DNA of 64,000 nucleotides from a virus: the IMG/VR virus record IMGVR_UViG_3300047160_009070, positions 1 to 64,000 of that record; one strand, given 5' to 3'. Under the pieces are notes generated by a model, which was given only the letters and a program-made list of their open reading frames with translations, had not been told where the DNA came from and ran no database searches. Shown here in pieces: positions 7,719 to 15,822 of the stretch. The position numbers and the translations under genes were made by a program. Each line of letters begins with the position of its first letter. The first letter of the stretch is position 1.

Positions 7719-9686
7719 GTGCTGCGCAGGCCGGACCATCACGGGCTGCCGAGGGAACCCTCGAAGCTGCAGACGGTGTCGGGGGTGGTGGCTGCGATGG
7801 CGGTATCGCTCGCCGCGTTCATCTGGATCCTCACCCAGCCGGCCAAGCCGACGATCGAGCCGACATGGCCTCCGCAGAGCTCGTCGCCCGTCAACATTTC
7901 GGCGCCGACCATCTTCGGCACGTACGCCGTCGGGCAACTGATGTTCAGCAGGCTCGGTGACTGGACCCAGGACCCCCGCTACTTCACCGTCCAGTGGCAG
8001 CAGTGCAACGCTGCCGGGGCGAGTTGCGCGGACATCGGCGGCGCTACCAACCGCAGCTATACGTTGCAGAACGCCGACAGCGGCAACACGGTGCGCGTCG
8101 GGATAACCGCGCACAACGGGTTCGGCAGCACCCTGCAGTACAGCGCTGTGACGCCGGTGATCTCCGGCGGCACCCAGAACCTCACCCCGTCCGCGTCCGG
8201 CTCCAGCCAGGCGACGAACAGCGTGTCGACACCGTCGTTCGTGAACGGCAAGTGCGGCACCGGCGGCTGCACCGTCAACACCGGCGCGATCTTTCATGTC
8301 AACGCCGCAGACTCGAGCTCAGCGCCCTACGGCGGGGTTTGCTACCCGGTCGGGTCGTGCACCTCTTCGCCGGCGACGATCTCGATGCAGATCGTGGTCG
8401 CCCGCCCCGGCAACCTGTGCGGAGGCAGCTCGCCTCCGGCCGGCTGCTCCGGCGCCGCCGGGTCCGCCACCAACCCGCGCCCGCCTGTGGTGATCACATG
8501 GGGGCAGACGGTGTCCGGCTACAACGACATGTACAACGCGGCAGCGAACCCGATCGCCGGCCTCGGACCGTTCATCGTCGTCGAGATCAACAACACGTTC
8601 AACCCGGGCGGCAACCAGCTGCCGCGCTTCCCGACCGTCCAGTGGCAGACGTGGTGCTATCTCACCGGGGCGTGCACGAACAACGCCGGCCAGAGCTTCG
8701 CGTGCGGCACCACCGCCCAGGACCTGTGCGACCCGATCCCGACGGTGCTGGCGGTCCTGTCCGCGATGAACTGCCCCTACACCGGCTCCGGCATCTGCCA
8801 GGGCTACAACACCAACGAGGTGTTCATGCTCGGAACGTCGGCGTCAGCGATCGCGACCGAGGACGTGGCCTGCGACACCCGCACCTCGGCGAGCTTCGCC
8901 GGCGTCGCGATCGTCGCGGACAAGTTCCTGCCGCCGTCGCGCATCAACCAGTCAGCAGCCGCCCAGTGGGACACCGGCTTCCCGCTTGGGCCTCCCTACG
9001 GCGTCCAGACCGCCCACATGAACGTGCAGCCGCCGAACTGCCCCGAGCTCTACCACCCCAACTCGACGTACTGTGTGCAGGACTGCATCACCACCAGCCC
9101 GAACACCAACATGTCGTGGATCTTCCTGTACGGCACCCAGGACACCCAGAACGGCGGCTGCACCCCGTCGGCGGGGAACTGTGGTGGCACCACATGGTCG
9201 TGCATGCCGCAGTCCGACGCGAACGACTGCGCCGGGAACGGAGCGTGGCAGAGCACCGCGCCGGACATCTGGTACGGCGGGATCATCAACGACGCATCCC
9301 AGTTCGTGGCGCCCGCGCTCGGGTGTAGCAGCACACCCACGAACACCTACAGCGAGGGTTTGGCGAACGAGCTTGACGTCCGGATCTACCACACCGGCTG
9401 CACCAACCCGAATGTCGCCGTCGAACTGGTTCGTGGCCACTGCTCCACCAACTGCGGGGCGAACGGCGTGTCTCACCAGCCGAACACTTGGCCGTGCGGC
9501 CCCGGGAGTTCCACGCCCGCGCAGGGGTTCCAGTATCTGTCCACACCCACCATCAGCGCGCCTGTCCCGTACTGCACCGGCGGGACGGGCCAAACCCCGA
9601 TCCATGACGACACCAACCCGCCGAACGGGTCGGGGCTTCAGCAGATCGCTGAAGCTTGGACGTTCTGGACCACGTATTTCCCGTGA
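7719..9686 (+). CDS. Membrane-anchored/secreted Ig-like domain + alpha/beta-hydrolase (PHB depolymerase/LpqC-like esterase)
   Basis: N-terminal TM; PVNISAPTI...QWQQCNAAGASCADIGGATNRSYTL Ig-like repeat; VFMLGTSAS nucleophile elbow, FAGVAIVA, LYGTQD, SHQPNTWP, AWTFW. Confidence 0.65.
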   Translation: MLRRPDHHGLPREPSKLQTVSGVVAAMAVSLAAFIWILTQPAKPTIEPTWPPQSSSPVNISAPTIFGTYAVGQLMFSRLGDWTQDPRYFTVQWQQCNAAGASCADIGGATNRSYTLQNADSGNTVRVGITAHNGFGSTLQYSAVTPVISGGTQNLTPSASGSSQATNSVSTPSFVNGKCGTGGCTVNTGAIFHVNAADSSSAPYGGVCYPVGSCTSSPATISMQIVVARPGNLCGGSSPPAGCSGAAGSATNPRPPVVITWGQTVSGYNDMYNAAANPIAGLGPFIVVEINNTFNPGGNQLPRFPTVQWQTWCYLTGACTNNAGQSFACGTTAQDLCDPIPTVLAVLSAMNCPYTGSGICQGYNTNEVFMLGTSASAIATEDVACDTRTSASFAGVAIVADKFLPPSRINQSAAAQWDTGFPLGPPYGVQTAHMNVQPPNCPELYHPNSTYCVQDCITTSPNTNMSWIFLYGTQDTQNGGCTPSAGNCGGTTWSCMPQSDANDCAGNGAWQSTAPDIWYGGIINDASQFVAPALGCSSTPTNTYSEGLANELDVRIYHTGCTNPNVAVELVRGHCSTNCGANGVSHQPNTWPCGPGSSTPAQGFQYLSTPTISAPVPYCTGGTGQTPIHDDTNPPNGSGLQQIAEAWTFWTTYFP

Positions 9687-10315
9687 GCCGGTCTGCCCGC
9701 AGAGCCGAGCAGCGTGCCGCTCACAGGCGCAAGGTGGAGCGCTACGACAGCCAGTACCCCACCAGGGCGAGGGCGGTGCTGGCGTACATCGACGATCATC
9801 TGAACTCGACGCCGGGGAGCGTGCCGCGACGCACCCGGGTGGAGGAGATGCGTTTGCGTGCACGGTCGTTCGAGTCCAAGAGAGGCGGGCGCGGCCATCC
9901 CGGGAACGTCAACCCGCAGGACCGCAAACGGGCGCTCAGCAACATTTCGCCGGCCGAGCAGCAGCGCCGGGCGCGCTGGACGAACGCGTGGATGAGCAAA
10001 GAGCTCGACGGGGTGTCCGTCGGCAGCCTCCGCCTAGCCGCTGAACAGGAGGCGCCGGTGCTGCTCGAGGTGCTGACCGTCGACGGCGTGAACGTCACAC
10101 CCCGCCATTCCCGCTACCCGGAGTTGTTCGCGAAAACGGTCGACTATCTGGTGGGTGTGTGGGGCGAGGTGATGCGCTCGTTCCCGTTCGAGCCCGCCTG
10201 GGGCGACCGTCCGCTGCCGTCGTTTGAGGAGTGGGAGCAGATGGGCAAACCCGGTCAGGACGGCTCGTACCCGCCGCTGTCGCCGGTGTCGTCTACGGGA
10301 TCGTCGGGCACGTAG
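9683..10315 (+). CDS. Hypothetical protein
   Basis: GTGA-coupled start at 9683; ~210 aa. Confidence 0.55.
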   Translation: MSRSARRAEQRAAHRRKVERYDSQYPTRARAVLAYIDDHLNSTPGSVPRRTRVEEMRLRARSFESKRGGRGHPGNVNPQDRKRALSNISPAEQQRRARWTNAWMSKELDGVSVGSLRLAAEQEAPVLLEVLTVDGVNVTPRHSRYPELFAKTVDYLVGVWGEVMRSFPFEPAWGDRPLPSFEEWEQMGKPGQDGSYPPLSPVSSTGSSGT

Positions 10316-10482
10316 GTTTCGTCTGTTTCCCGCTGGTGGGTGAGATGCGAACGCTGGTGGCTGAGGCCGCGGGCGCGCCCACGACTCGCGTGTGTGGCGT
10401 GCACCGCGAACGCGATCTGAAACCGGTTCTTGCGGGCCTTCCCTCTCCGTCTGCGTGTCATGCCCGAAGAGTAGTGTCCGGA

Positions 10483-10555
10483 TGCGGCGTAGAGCAAACG
10501 GTAGCTCGCTGGCCCCATAAGCCGGAGGTTGCGGGTTCGAGTCCCGTCGCCGCCA
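10483..10555 (+). tRNA. tRNA-Met(CAT), initiator-like, no encoded CCA
   Basis: TGCGGCG/CGCCGCC acceptor with 1:72 mismatch, GAGC/GCTC D stem (A11-U24), CTGGC-CC CAT AA-GCCGG anticodon arm (CAT 10516-10518), GCGGG TTCGAGT CCCGT T arm. Confidence 0.92.
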
Positions 10556-10556
10556 T

Positions 10557-10727
10557 GTGTCGATCGCCAAACAACGGCCACCGCATCTGCGTCCCGCCAG
10601 CTCGCCGGACCGCTCTTGCCACACATGCCGCTCGGTGAACCGCACAACCGGCTTCTGCGTCCGGTTTCAGTGGAAGGTGCAGCGCAACGAGGTGTGCGAC
10701 AAGTGGACGCCGCGCACCCTCAGCTAG
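10557..10727 (+). CDS. Small Cys4 protein with HiPIP-like pattern (not in ORF track)
   Basis: MSIAKQRPPHLRPASSPDRSCHTCRSVNRTTGFCVRFQWKVQRNEVCDKWTPRTLS; CxxC-x9-C-x12-CxxW. Confidence 0.6.
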   Translation: MSIAKQRPPHLRPASSPDRSCHTCRSVNRTTGFCVRFQWKVQRNEVCDKWTPRTLS

Positions 10728-10900
10728 CGGCGTTTCGGCTGTCCCTCCACCTGCGGCAGCTGCCTTTTCGGTCGTGTCGGGAACATCTTGCCGGGACGCG
10801 AACGCCCCTGCCGGCTGGGTGCGACACGTTTCGCCGCCACCCTCTTCTTGCGCCTCGGCTGGCCTTCCGGCATCAGCGGACGCTGCGGGTTGATAGCCAT
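10724..10900 (-). CDS. Small basic protein, leaderless
   Basis: MAINPQRPLMPEGQPRRKKRVAAKR...; -10 TACCGT 7 nt before ATG on the minus strand. Confidence 0.5.
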   Translation of the reverse strand: MAINPQRPLMPEGQPRRKKRVAAKRVAPSRQGRSRPGKMFPTRPKRQLPQVEGQPKRR

Positions 10901-10923
10901 GCACAGAACGGTAGCCTTACGCC
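10901..10923. promoter_or_regulatory. Bidirectional leaderless promoter
   Basis: TAGCCT (+, 10912-10917) and TACCGT (-, 10913-10908) overlap at TA; divergent ATGs at 10924 and 10900. Confidence 0.6.
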
Positions 10924-11124
10924 ATGGCCTCGCGCAAGCAGATGATGCCTCGCCCCGGCTCTGTGACTTTCGCACGCGGACGGCGGAGGAAGGAACTGGA
11001 TGTGGACGAGAACACGCACGTCCGCTCGCGAGGCCATACCCGTGCTGCGCCGAGCACTGCGACAGGCGGCATGTCGGGCGCCAAGGTCGGCCTGGTGTGG
11101 CGCCCCGTCAAACGCGACCCGTAA
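10924..11124 (+). CDS. Small basic protein, leaderless
   Basis: MASRKQMMPRPGSV...; TAGCCT-N6-ATG, no SD. Confidence 0.55.
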   Translation: MASRKQMMPRPGSVTFARGRRRKELDVDENTHVRSRGHTRAAPSTATGGMSGAKVGLVWRPVKRDP

Positions 11125-11224
11125 AGGGAGGGCGGCCGGCGAGGGTGTGCGCAGGCCGCCCCACAGGCCGGAGAGGGTCTGCTGCGTCTCACACAGCGCC
11201 GGCCCTGCGCGTTAGTCTAAGGCC

Positions 11225-11443
11225 ATGGAGGTCGAGTACATCGACGGTGTCGGCCTTGTCCATTGGCGCCTGATGGAGTACCAGCCGGGGGATGCGTGTC
11301 TCGAGGTGATCCCGCAGGAGTCCCGGTGGGAGATCAACAACGAGGCGCCGGTGCTCCGCATCCCGCTTGAGCATGCCGACCATGACGTCGAGGTCGCGAA
11401 GGGTATGGTGCTCGAGGGGTTGCAGCAGATGGCTGGTGTCTAG
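11225..11443 (+). CDS. Small acidic hypothetical protein, leaderless
   Basis: TAGTCT(11213-11218)-N6-ATG. Confidence 0.6.
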   Translation: MEVEYIDGVGLVHWRLMEYQPGDACLEVIPQESRWEINNEAPVLRIPLEHADHDVEVAKGMVLEGLQQMAGV

Positions 11444-12122
11444 CGAGCTCCTGACCGTCTGGCGCCAAGGTGCGTTCAAGGTGCCGGAGGGGCAGGCCGG
11501 TCCGTGGCGGGTGGTCCGGTCGTTCATCACTCCTCGGCAGGCCGCCGAGAACCAGAGGCAGGCGGAGGCGTTCGGGGGTCCTGTCCGCTATTCGCCGGCG
11601 GGGTTCTACACCGCACTCGTCCGTGACGGCGATGTGTGGATGGCGGACACCCCCGACGAGATGCTCGACCATCTCGAATGCTTCGAGCAGGCGAAGGCCC
11701 GCGGCGGCAGGGTGCTGATTCATGGCCTGGGTCTCGGTTTGATCGCCAGGGCTGTGCTGTCGCTCGAGAACGTCACCCACGTCGACGTTGTCGAGGTGGA
11801 CTATGACGTGATCAAACTCGTTCGCCCCGCGTTCATCAACCATGTGCAGAACGGGCGCATGTCGATTCGCCACGGCGACTGTTTCAGCAACCGGTGGCTG
11901 CCGGAGGACCGCTGGACGGTGGTGTGGCACGACATCTGGCAGGGGATGGTGGAGGAGAACCTACCGGAGATGGACCGTTTGCACCGCTTGTTCGCCGACC
12001 GCTGCGACTGGCAGGGAAGCTGGGGCGAACAGTGGATTCTGGAGCAGCGTTCCCGCCGGATCCGCTACGGCAACGAGTTGGGCGTCGAGCAACCACCCGT
12101 CGCCGTCTACAGGCCGGACTAG
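11436..12122 (+). CDS. Class I SAM-dependent methyltransferase/spermidine-synthase-like protein
   Basis: GRVLIHGLGLG motif I, VDVVEVDYDVIKLV, IRHGDCF, VVWHDIW; GTG start at 11436 overlaps the upstream gene. Confidence 0.8.
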   Translation: MSSELLTVWRQGAFKVPEGQAGPWRVVRSFITPRQAAENQRQAEAFGGPVRYSPAGFYTALVRDGDVWMADTPDEMLDHLECFEQAKARGGRVLIHGLGLGLIARAVLSLENVTHVDVVEVDYDVIKLVRPAFINHVQNGRMSIRHGDCFSNRWLPEDRWTVVWHDIWQGMVEENLPEMDRLHRLFADRCDWQGSWGEQWILEQRSRRIRYGNELGVEQPPVAVYRPD

Positions 12123-12132
12123 ACTTCCCGGC

Positions 12133-12330
12133 ATGGCCAACGGAATCCCACGTATCGCAAACAGCCGCTTCCCGAAGGCGGCACGACGCAGCGCCCGTCT
12201 GATCGTCATCAACCGTTCGACGTCATCCACCCCACGACAGTCCGGCCGTAACGCCGGCAGCGTCGGGTTCGGTCACTGGGCGCCGGCGAACCGTGGTCGT
12301 GCCGTCCGCGCTGGCCGCTGGCGCTGGTAG
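12133..12330 (+). CDS. Small Arg-rich protein, leaderless
   Basis: MANGIPRIANSRFPKAARRS...GRWRW; TAGACT(12120-12125)-N7-ATG. Confidence 0.55.
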   Translation: MANGIPRIANSRFPKAARRSARLIVINRSTSSTPRQSGRNAGSVGFGHWAPANRGRAVRAGRWRW

Positions 12331-12340
12331 GCTTCGCCGC

Positions 12341-12787
12341 ATGGCTAAAGCACGACGTCTCCAGGTGATGCCCAGGGGCGGCACGGTTCGTTTCAACCAG
12401 CGGCCGAACGCCAGCTTCCCGTCACCGAAGCCGATGGCCTCCACGGGTTTCTCTGGTAGGCAGTTCAGCCGTGGAGGATCTGGTATGGCAAACCGCTCCG
12501 GCGGAAGCAGGGGAAGCAAGCAGTTCAACCCTCGTCCCAGCAACGGCTTCCGTCAGCCGATGCCGACGAACAGCTCGCCGGTGATGGCCGGTGCGCGTTT
12601 CAGTCGGGGAGGGCGGGGTGCCGCTCCTGCCCGCAGCCACGCCCGCGCGTTCTCGAAGGCGCCGGGCTACGGTTCGTTCGCCAACCCGGCGCCGCGTGGG
12701 GGAAGGACCAAGGCGCCGTTCCGGTGGTCTCGAGGCTCTGTCTCGATCACCCCGGATCATGTCGCGGCGAAGCGCCACACGGGCTGA
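12341..12787 (+). CDS. RGG-rich basic disordered protein, leaderless
   Basis: MAKARRLQVMPRGG...FSRGG...FSRGGRG...PRGGR; extended -10 TGgTAGGCT-N7-ATG. Confidence 0.6.
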   Translation: MAKARRLQVMPRGGTVRFNQRPNASFPSPKPMASTGFSGRQFSRGGSGMANRSGGSRGSKQFNPRPSNGFRQPMPTNSSPVMAGARFSRGGRGAAPARSHARAFSKAPGYGSFANPAPRGGRTKAPFRWSRGSVSITPDHVAAKRHTG

Positions 12788-12941
12788 CCGCCGGCCGAGA
12801 GCTCGCCGGGGTTTCCCTCGAGCTCCCGGCCACGCGGCCAAATCCCAGCCGACTCCGAGGGGTGCTGGCGCCAAACGGATCTATCGCCGCTGGCGGTCCG
12901 GGTTTCAGCGTCCCGGCGGTTTCGGGGGCCCCGGGCTGTAG
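12759..12941 (+). CDS. Small Arg/Gly-rich protein
   Basis: MSRRSATRADRRPRARRGFPR...GGFGGPGL; overlaps end of the previous gene. Confidence 0.4.
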   Translation: MSRRSATRADRRPRARRGFPRAPGHAAKSQPTPRGAGAKRIYRRWRSGFQRPGGFGGPGL

Positions 12942-12944
12942 GCG

Positions 12945-13124
12945 ATGAGTGACTGGACCTACCCGTACGAGGCTCCCGTTCGGGAACCGCAGGCCGCTGG
13001 TAAATGCGAATGCGGCGGCGAGTGCTCCGCGAACCTTGTGTCACGGGCCGGGCAATTCAGCTACGAGCGGCTCACTGAAGCGCAAATTCAGGTGCTCATC
13101 CGCGACAGCACGGACTACCGATGA
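12945..13124 (+). CDS. Small hypothetical protein with CECGGEC motif (not in ORF track)
   Basis: MSDWTYPYEAPVREPQAAGKCECGGECSANL...; fills the gap between neighbours. Confidence 0.45.
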   Translation: MSDWTYPYEAPVREPQAAGKCECGGECSANLVSRAGQFSYERLTEAQIQVLIRDSTDYR

Positions 13125-13157
13125 AAGTGGTTACGGTCGTCTAGACAGGAGGGGGTG

Positions 13158-13391
13158 ATGGCACGATTGACCAGCAAGCGTAGGAAGAAGCTCCCGAAAA
13201 GCTCGTTCGGGATGCCTGGCTCGCGGAAATACCCTATGCATGACAGGGCGCATGCCGCGAACGCGAAGGCCCGCGCCACCCAGCAGTACCGCAAGGGCCG
13301 GATCAGCAAGTCGACGATGCAGCGCATTCACGCGAAAGCGAATCGCAAGCTCGGCAAGACGACCACGAAGCGCAAACGCAAGAAGCGCTGA
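13158..13391 (+). CDS. Small basic protein, DUF6582-like
   Basis: LTSKRRKKLPKSSFGMPGSRKYPMHDRAHAANAKAR motif; SD AGGAGG. Confidence 0.75.
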   Translation: MARLTSKRRKKLPKSSFGMPGSRKYPMHDRAHAANAKARATQQYRKGRISKSTMQRIHAKANRKLGKTTTKRKRKKR

Positions 13392-13406
13392 CAGCAAGAC
13401 CGTATC

Positions 13407-13691
13407 GTGGCGCGCCAAACGGTCTCGCAGCTGAAGGCCGAGTTGGCGAGACAGACCGAGTTCATCGAGCAGCAGGCGGAGGAACGCGACGAGTTGATGC
13501 GCCAACTCGAGATCGCCCAGGAGCGCTGCATCACGTTCGGCAGGGCTCTCACCGACATCGCCCGCGGCTCCCGCTGGAGCCTGTCGCATCCCGACACCGC
13601 CAGGCGTGCGCTGGAGCGCGGGAAGGGCACCCCGCCGCTCGTCGTCCCCCAACCCGGGACCGACGGTCCGGAGGTCCCCGCCGAGGTGTGA
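13407..13691 (+). CDS. Hypothetical coiled-coil protein
   Basis: 94-aa ORF, coupled to the next gene. Confidence 0.55.
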   Translation: MARQTVSQLKAELARQTEFIEQQAEERDELMRQLEIAQERCITFGRALTDIARGSRWSLSHPDTARRALERGKGTPPLVVPQPGTDGPEVPAEV

Positions 13692-14074
13692 TGGCGTTCT
13701 TCTGGATCACACAACGGGAGTGGGAGCGGGCGACCGCCAAGATCGAACAGTTGGAGGAGCGGACGGTCGCGAACACCAAACTGCTTGAGAGGCACGCTGA
13801 CGCGATCGACAAGATTCATGAGGCGCGCTCCAAACCGTTCAAAACGCTCGGCTACATGCTGAAGGTCGCGGTCCCGGCGCTCGCGGCGGTGCTGCTGGTG
13901 CTGGTGACGGCGGACAGCGTGTTCCACTGGACGATCCCGCAGTCAACGAAGATCGTGCGGATCTCGACGGTGAAGCACCAGACGATCACCGTGCAGATCC
14001 CGGTGACGGCGCACCACCGGGCGAACCAGCGGCAACGCAACCGGCGCCAACGCCAACGCCAGCGTCAGCGCTGA
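13688..14074 (+). CDS. Membrane protein with coiled coil and (RQ)n tail
   Basis: TM VAVPALAAVLLVLVTA; C-terminus RQRNRRQRQRQRQR. Confidence 0.6.
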   Translation: MMAFFWITQREWERATAKIEQLEERTVANTKLLERHADAIDKIHEARSKPFKTLGYMLKVAVPALAAVLLVLVTADSVFHWTIPQSTKIVRISTVKHQTITVQIPVTAHHRANQRQRNRRQRQRQRQR

Positions 14075-14201
14075 ACCGGACCACTTTCCCTCGGGGTGTG
14101 GTTTTGGTCCGGTTCGGTTCGCAACTTTGCGTCCGTTCTCTCCGCAAAGTTGCGTCCGTTCGCGGTCTGGAGTCCCCCTCCGTTTCTGTGCGGCTGGAGA
14201 G

Positions 14202-14230
14202 TTGCCCAACCCACGGCAACGCCGTATACT
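14202..14230 (+). promoter_or_regulatory. Sigma70/HrdB-type promoter
   Basis: TTGCCC-N17-TATACT; ATG 6 nt downstream (14237). Confidence 0.65.
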
Positions 14231-14364
14231 GTTGGTATGGTGGTGCCGGTGGGTCAAAGCGTGGTTTTTTTCTTGGCATTGTCCACGGTCAAGGTCGGCC
14301 CAGCAGCACACCACAGCTGACCTGCCCACCGGACCGCCAACTGTTCTTTTGAGGAGGTGATGCC

Positions 14365-15137
14365 ATGGCCGATCGGACCCTCATCGCATGGACCGACCAC
14401 ACCTTCAACCCTTGGATGGGTTGTTTCAAAGTGTCTCAGGGCTGTACTTGACCCACTGCTACGCGGAGACGATGACCAGCGGGCGGATGGGTCTTGACGT
14501 GTTCGGCCATGACACCTCTAAGCGTCAGCGTACGTCTGAGCGGACGTGGAAGAACCCGTTGCGCTGGAACCGCGAAGCCCAGGCGAACAACGTTCCGGCC
14601 AGGACGTTCTGCGCAAGCTTGGCGGACGTGTTCGAGGACGCCCCGGGACCGAACGCTTGGCGCAAAGAGTTGTGGGAGCTGGTGGACGAGTGCCGCTGGC
14701 TGGACTGGCAGATCCTGACCAAGCGCCCGGAGAACATCGCCCGGATGCTCCCGGACGATTGGGGTGACGGCTGGCGCCATGTGTGGCTGGGCACGTCGAT
14801 CGAGGACAACCGGGTTGCGGAGCGCTCGACGATCCTGACGCAGGTGCCGGCGTTCGTGCATTTCGTCAGCTACGAGCCGGCGATCGGTCCCGGCGACGAG
14901 ATCCCGCTTGAGGGTGTCGACTGGTTGATCTGCGGCGGCGAGTCCGGCCCGGGGTTCCGCAAGATGGATTTGGGCTGGGCGATCGACATGTGGGTTCGTT
15001 GCCGCGACGTCGGCGTCCCGTTCTTCTTCAAGCAGGATTCGGGGTATCGCACCGAGATGGGCATTGACGCTTTGGGTGTGGTGGTGCGCGAGTACCCGGT
15101 GTCGTGGGAGCGCCGGGCTGTGCTCGGCCTGTTCTGA
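14365..15137 (+). CDS. DUF5131 (phage Gp37/Gp68, radical-SAM-like) protein interrupted by a 5-nt stop-containing insert
   Basis: SD GAGGAGG; MADRTLIAWTDHTFNPWMGCFKVSQGCT, then TGA, continuing in another frame as HCYAE...FCASLADVF...WQILTKRPEN...VSYEP...WLICGGESG...FFFKQ. Confidence 0.85.
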
Positions 15138-15727
15138 TGCTGGTGCTATCTGTCGGCCCTGCGGCGGGGCCCCGTCCGGAGGTCACGCCGTTCGAGCTTG
15201 TCTATGTGACTCCGGAGGACGACTACGACTACAGCCGCTGGTTCTCCCGGATGTGGCGCGAGGGTTGCGGCTTCATCAACCTCGAGCCGGACGTCCTCCC
15301 GTGGTATGACGCGCTCGCTCCGCTGTGGTGGTGTCCGCATCCGGTGTGCAACTACGCGTACGGTGTTCCCGGCGGGCAGATGGTCGCGGCGCTGGGGTGC
15401 ATCAAGTTCTCCAAGCAGTTCATCGAGGGCAACCTTGAGTTGTGGCGGAGTTGGGACGGCGCGCACTGGACAGCTCTTGACGGGCGCGTCGATACCGCGC
15501 TCGCGTCGGTGGGTGTGACACCGCACCGCCATGAACCGCCTCTGTTCCACGCCCGCTCCGCCGGGCACGCCTGCCCGTATCTCCGGACGCAGTGCTGGGC
15601 GGCCGGTCGCTGCGTCCCGGGCGAACGCGGCGCCGACGTGGGGTGGGACGAGAATTTCCATCTTCCGTGCGAGATGGTTCAGGTATCGGCCGCGCAGCAG
15701 GCCGATGGCCGGATGGGAACCGGCTGA
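15137..15727 (+). CDS. Glycosyltransferase-like (GT-A fold) protein
   Basis: FINLEPDVLP (DxD-like) and ALGCIKFS motifs. Confidence 0.5.
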   Translation: MLVLSVGPAAGPRPEVTPFELVYVTPEDDYDYSRWFSRMWREGCGFINLEPDVLPWYDALAPLWWCPHPVCNYAYGVPGGQMVAALGCIKFSKQFIEGNLELWRSWDGAHWTALDGRVDTALASVGVTPHRHEPPLFHARSAGHACPYLRTQCWAAGRCVPGERGADVGWDENFHLPCEMVQVSAAQQADGRMGTG

Positions 15728-15822
15728 AGCGGGTGGCGGGAAGGACCGGCGGTATGGCTGCGCTCTCCGCCGGTGAACCGCCACCCGCTGCTTTAGTCTT
15801 GCGTTCGACAAGGAGGAATCGG

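Noticed and set aside
13386-13409. In-frame TGA readthrough from the DUF6582-like gene into 13407
   Set aside because: Same frame has a one-in-three chance, and no motif spans the junction
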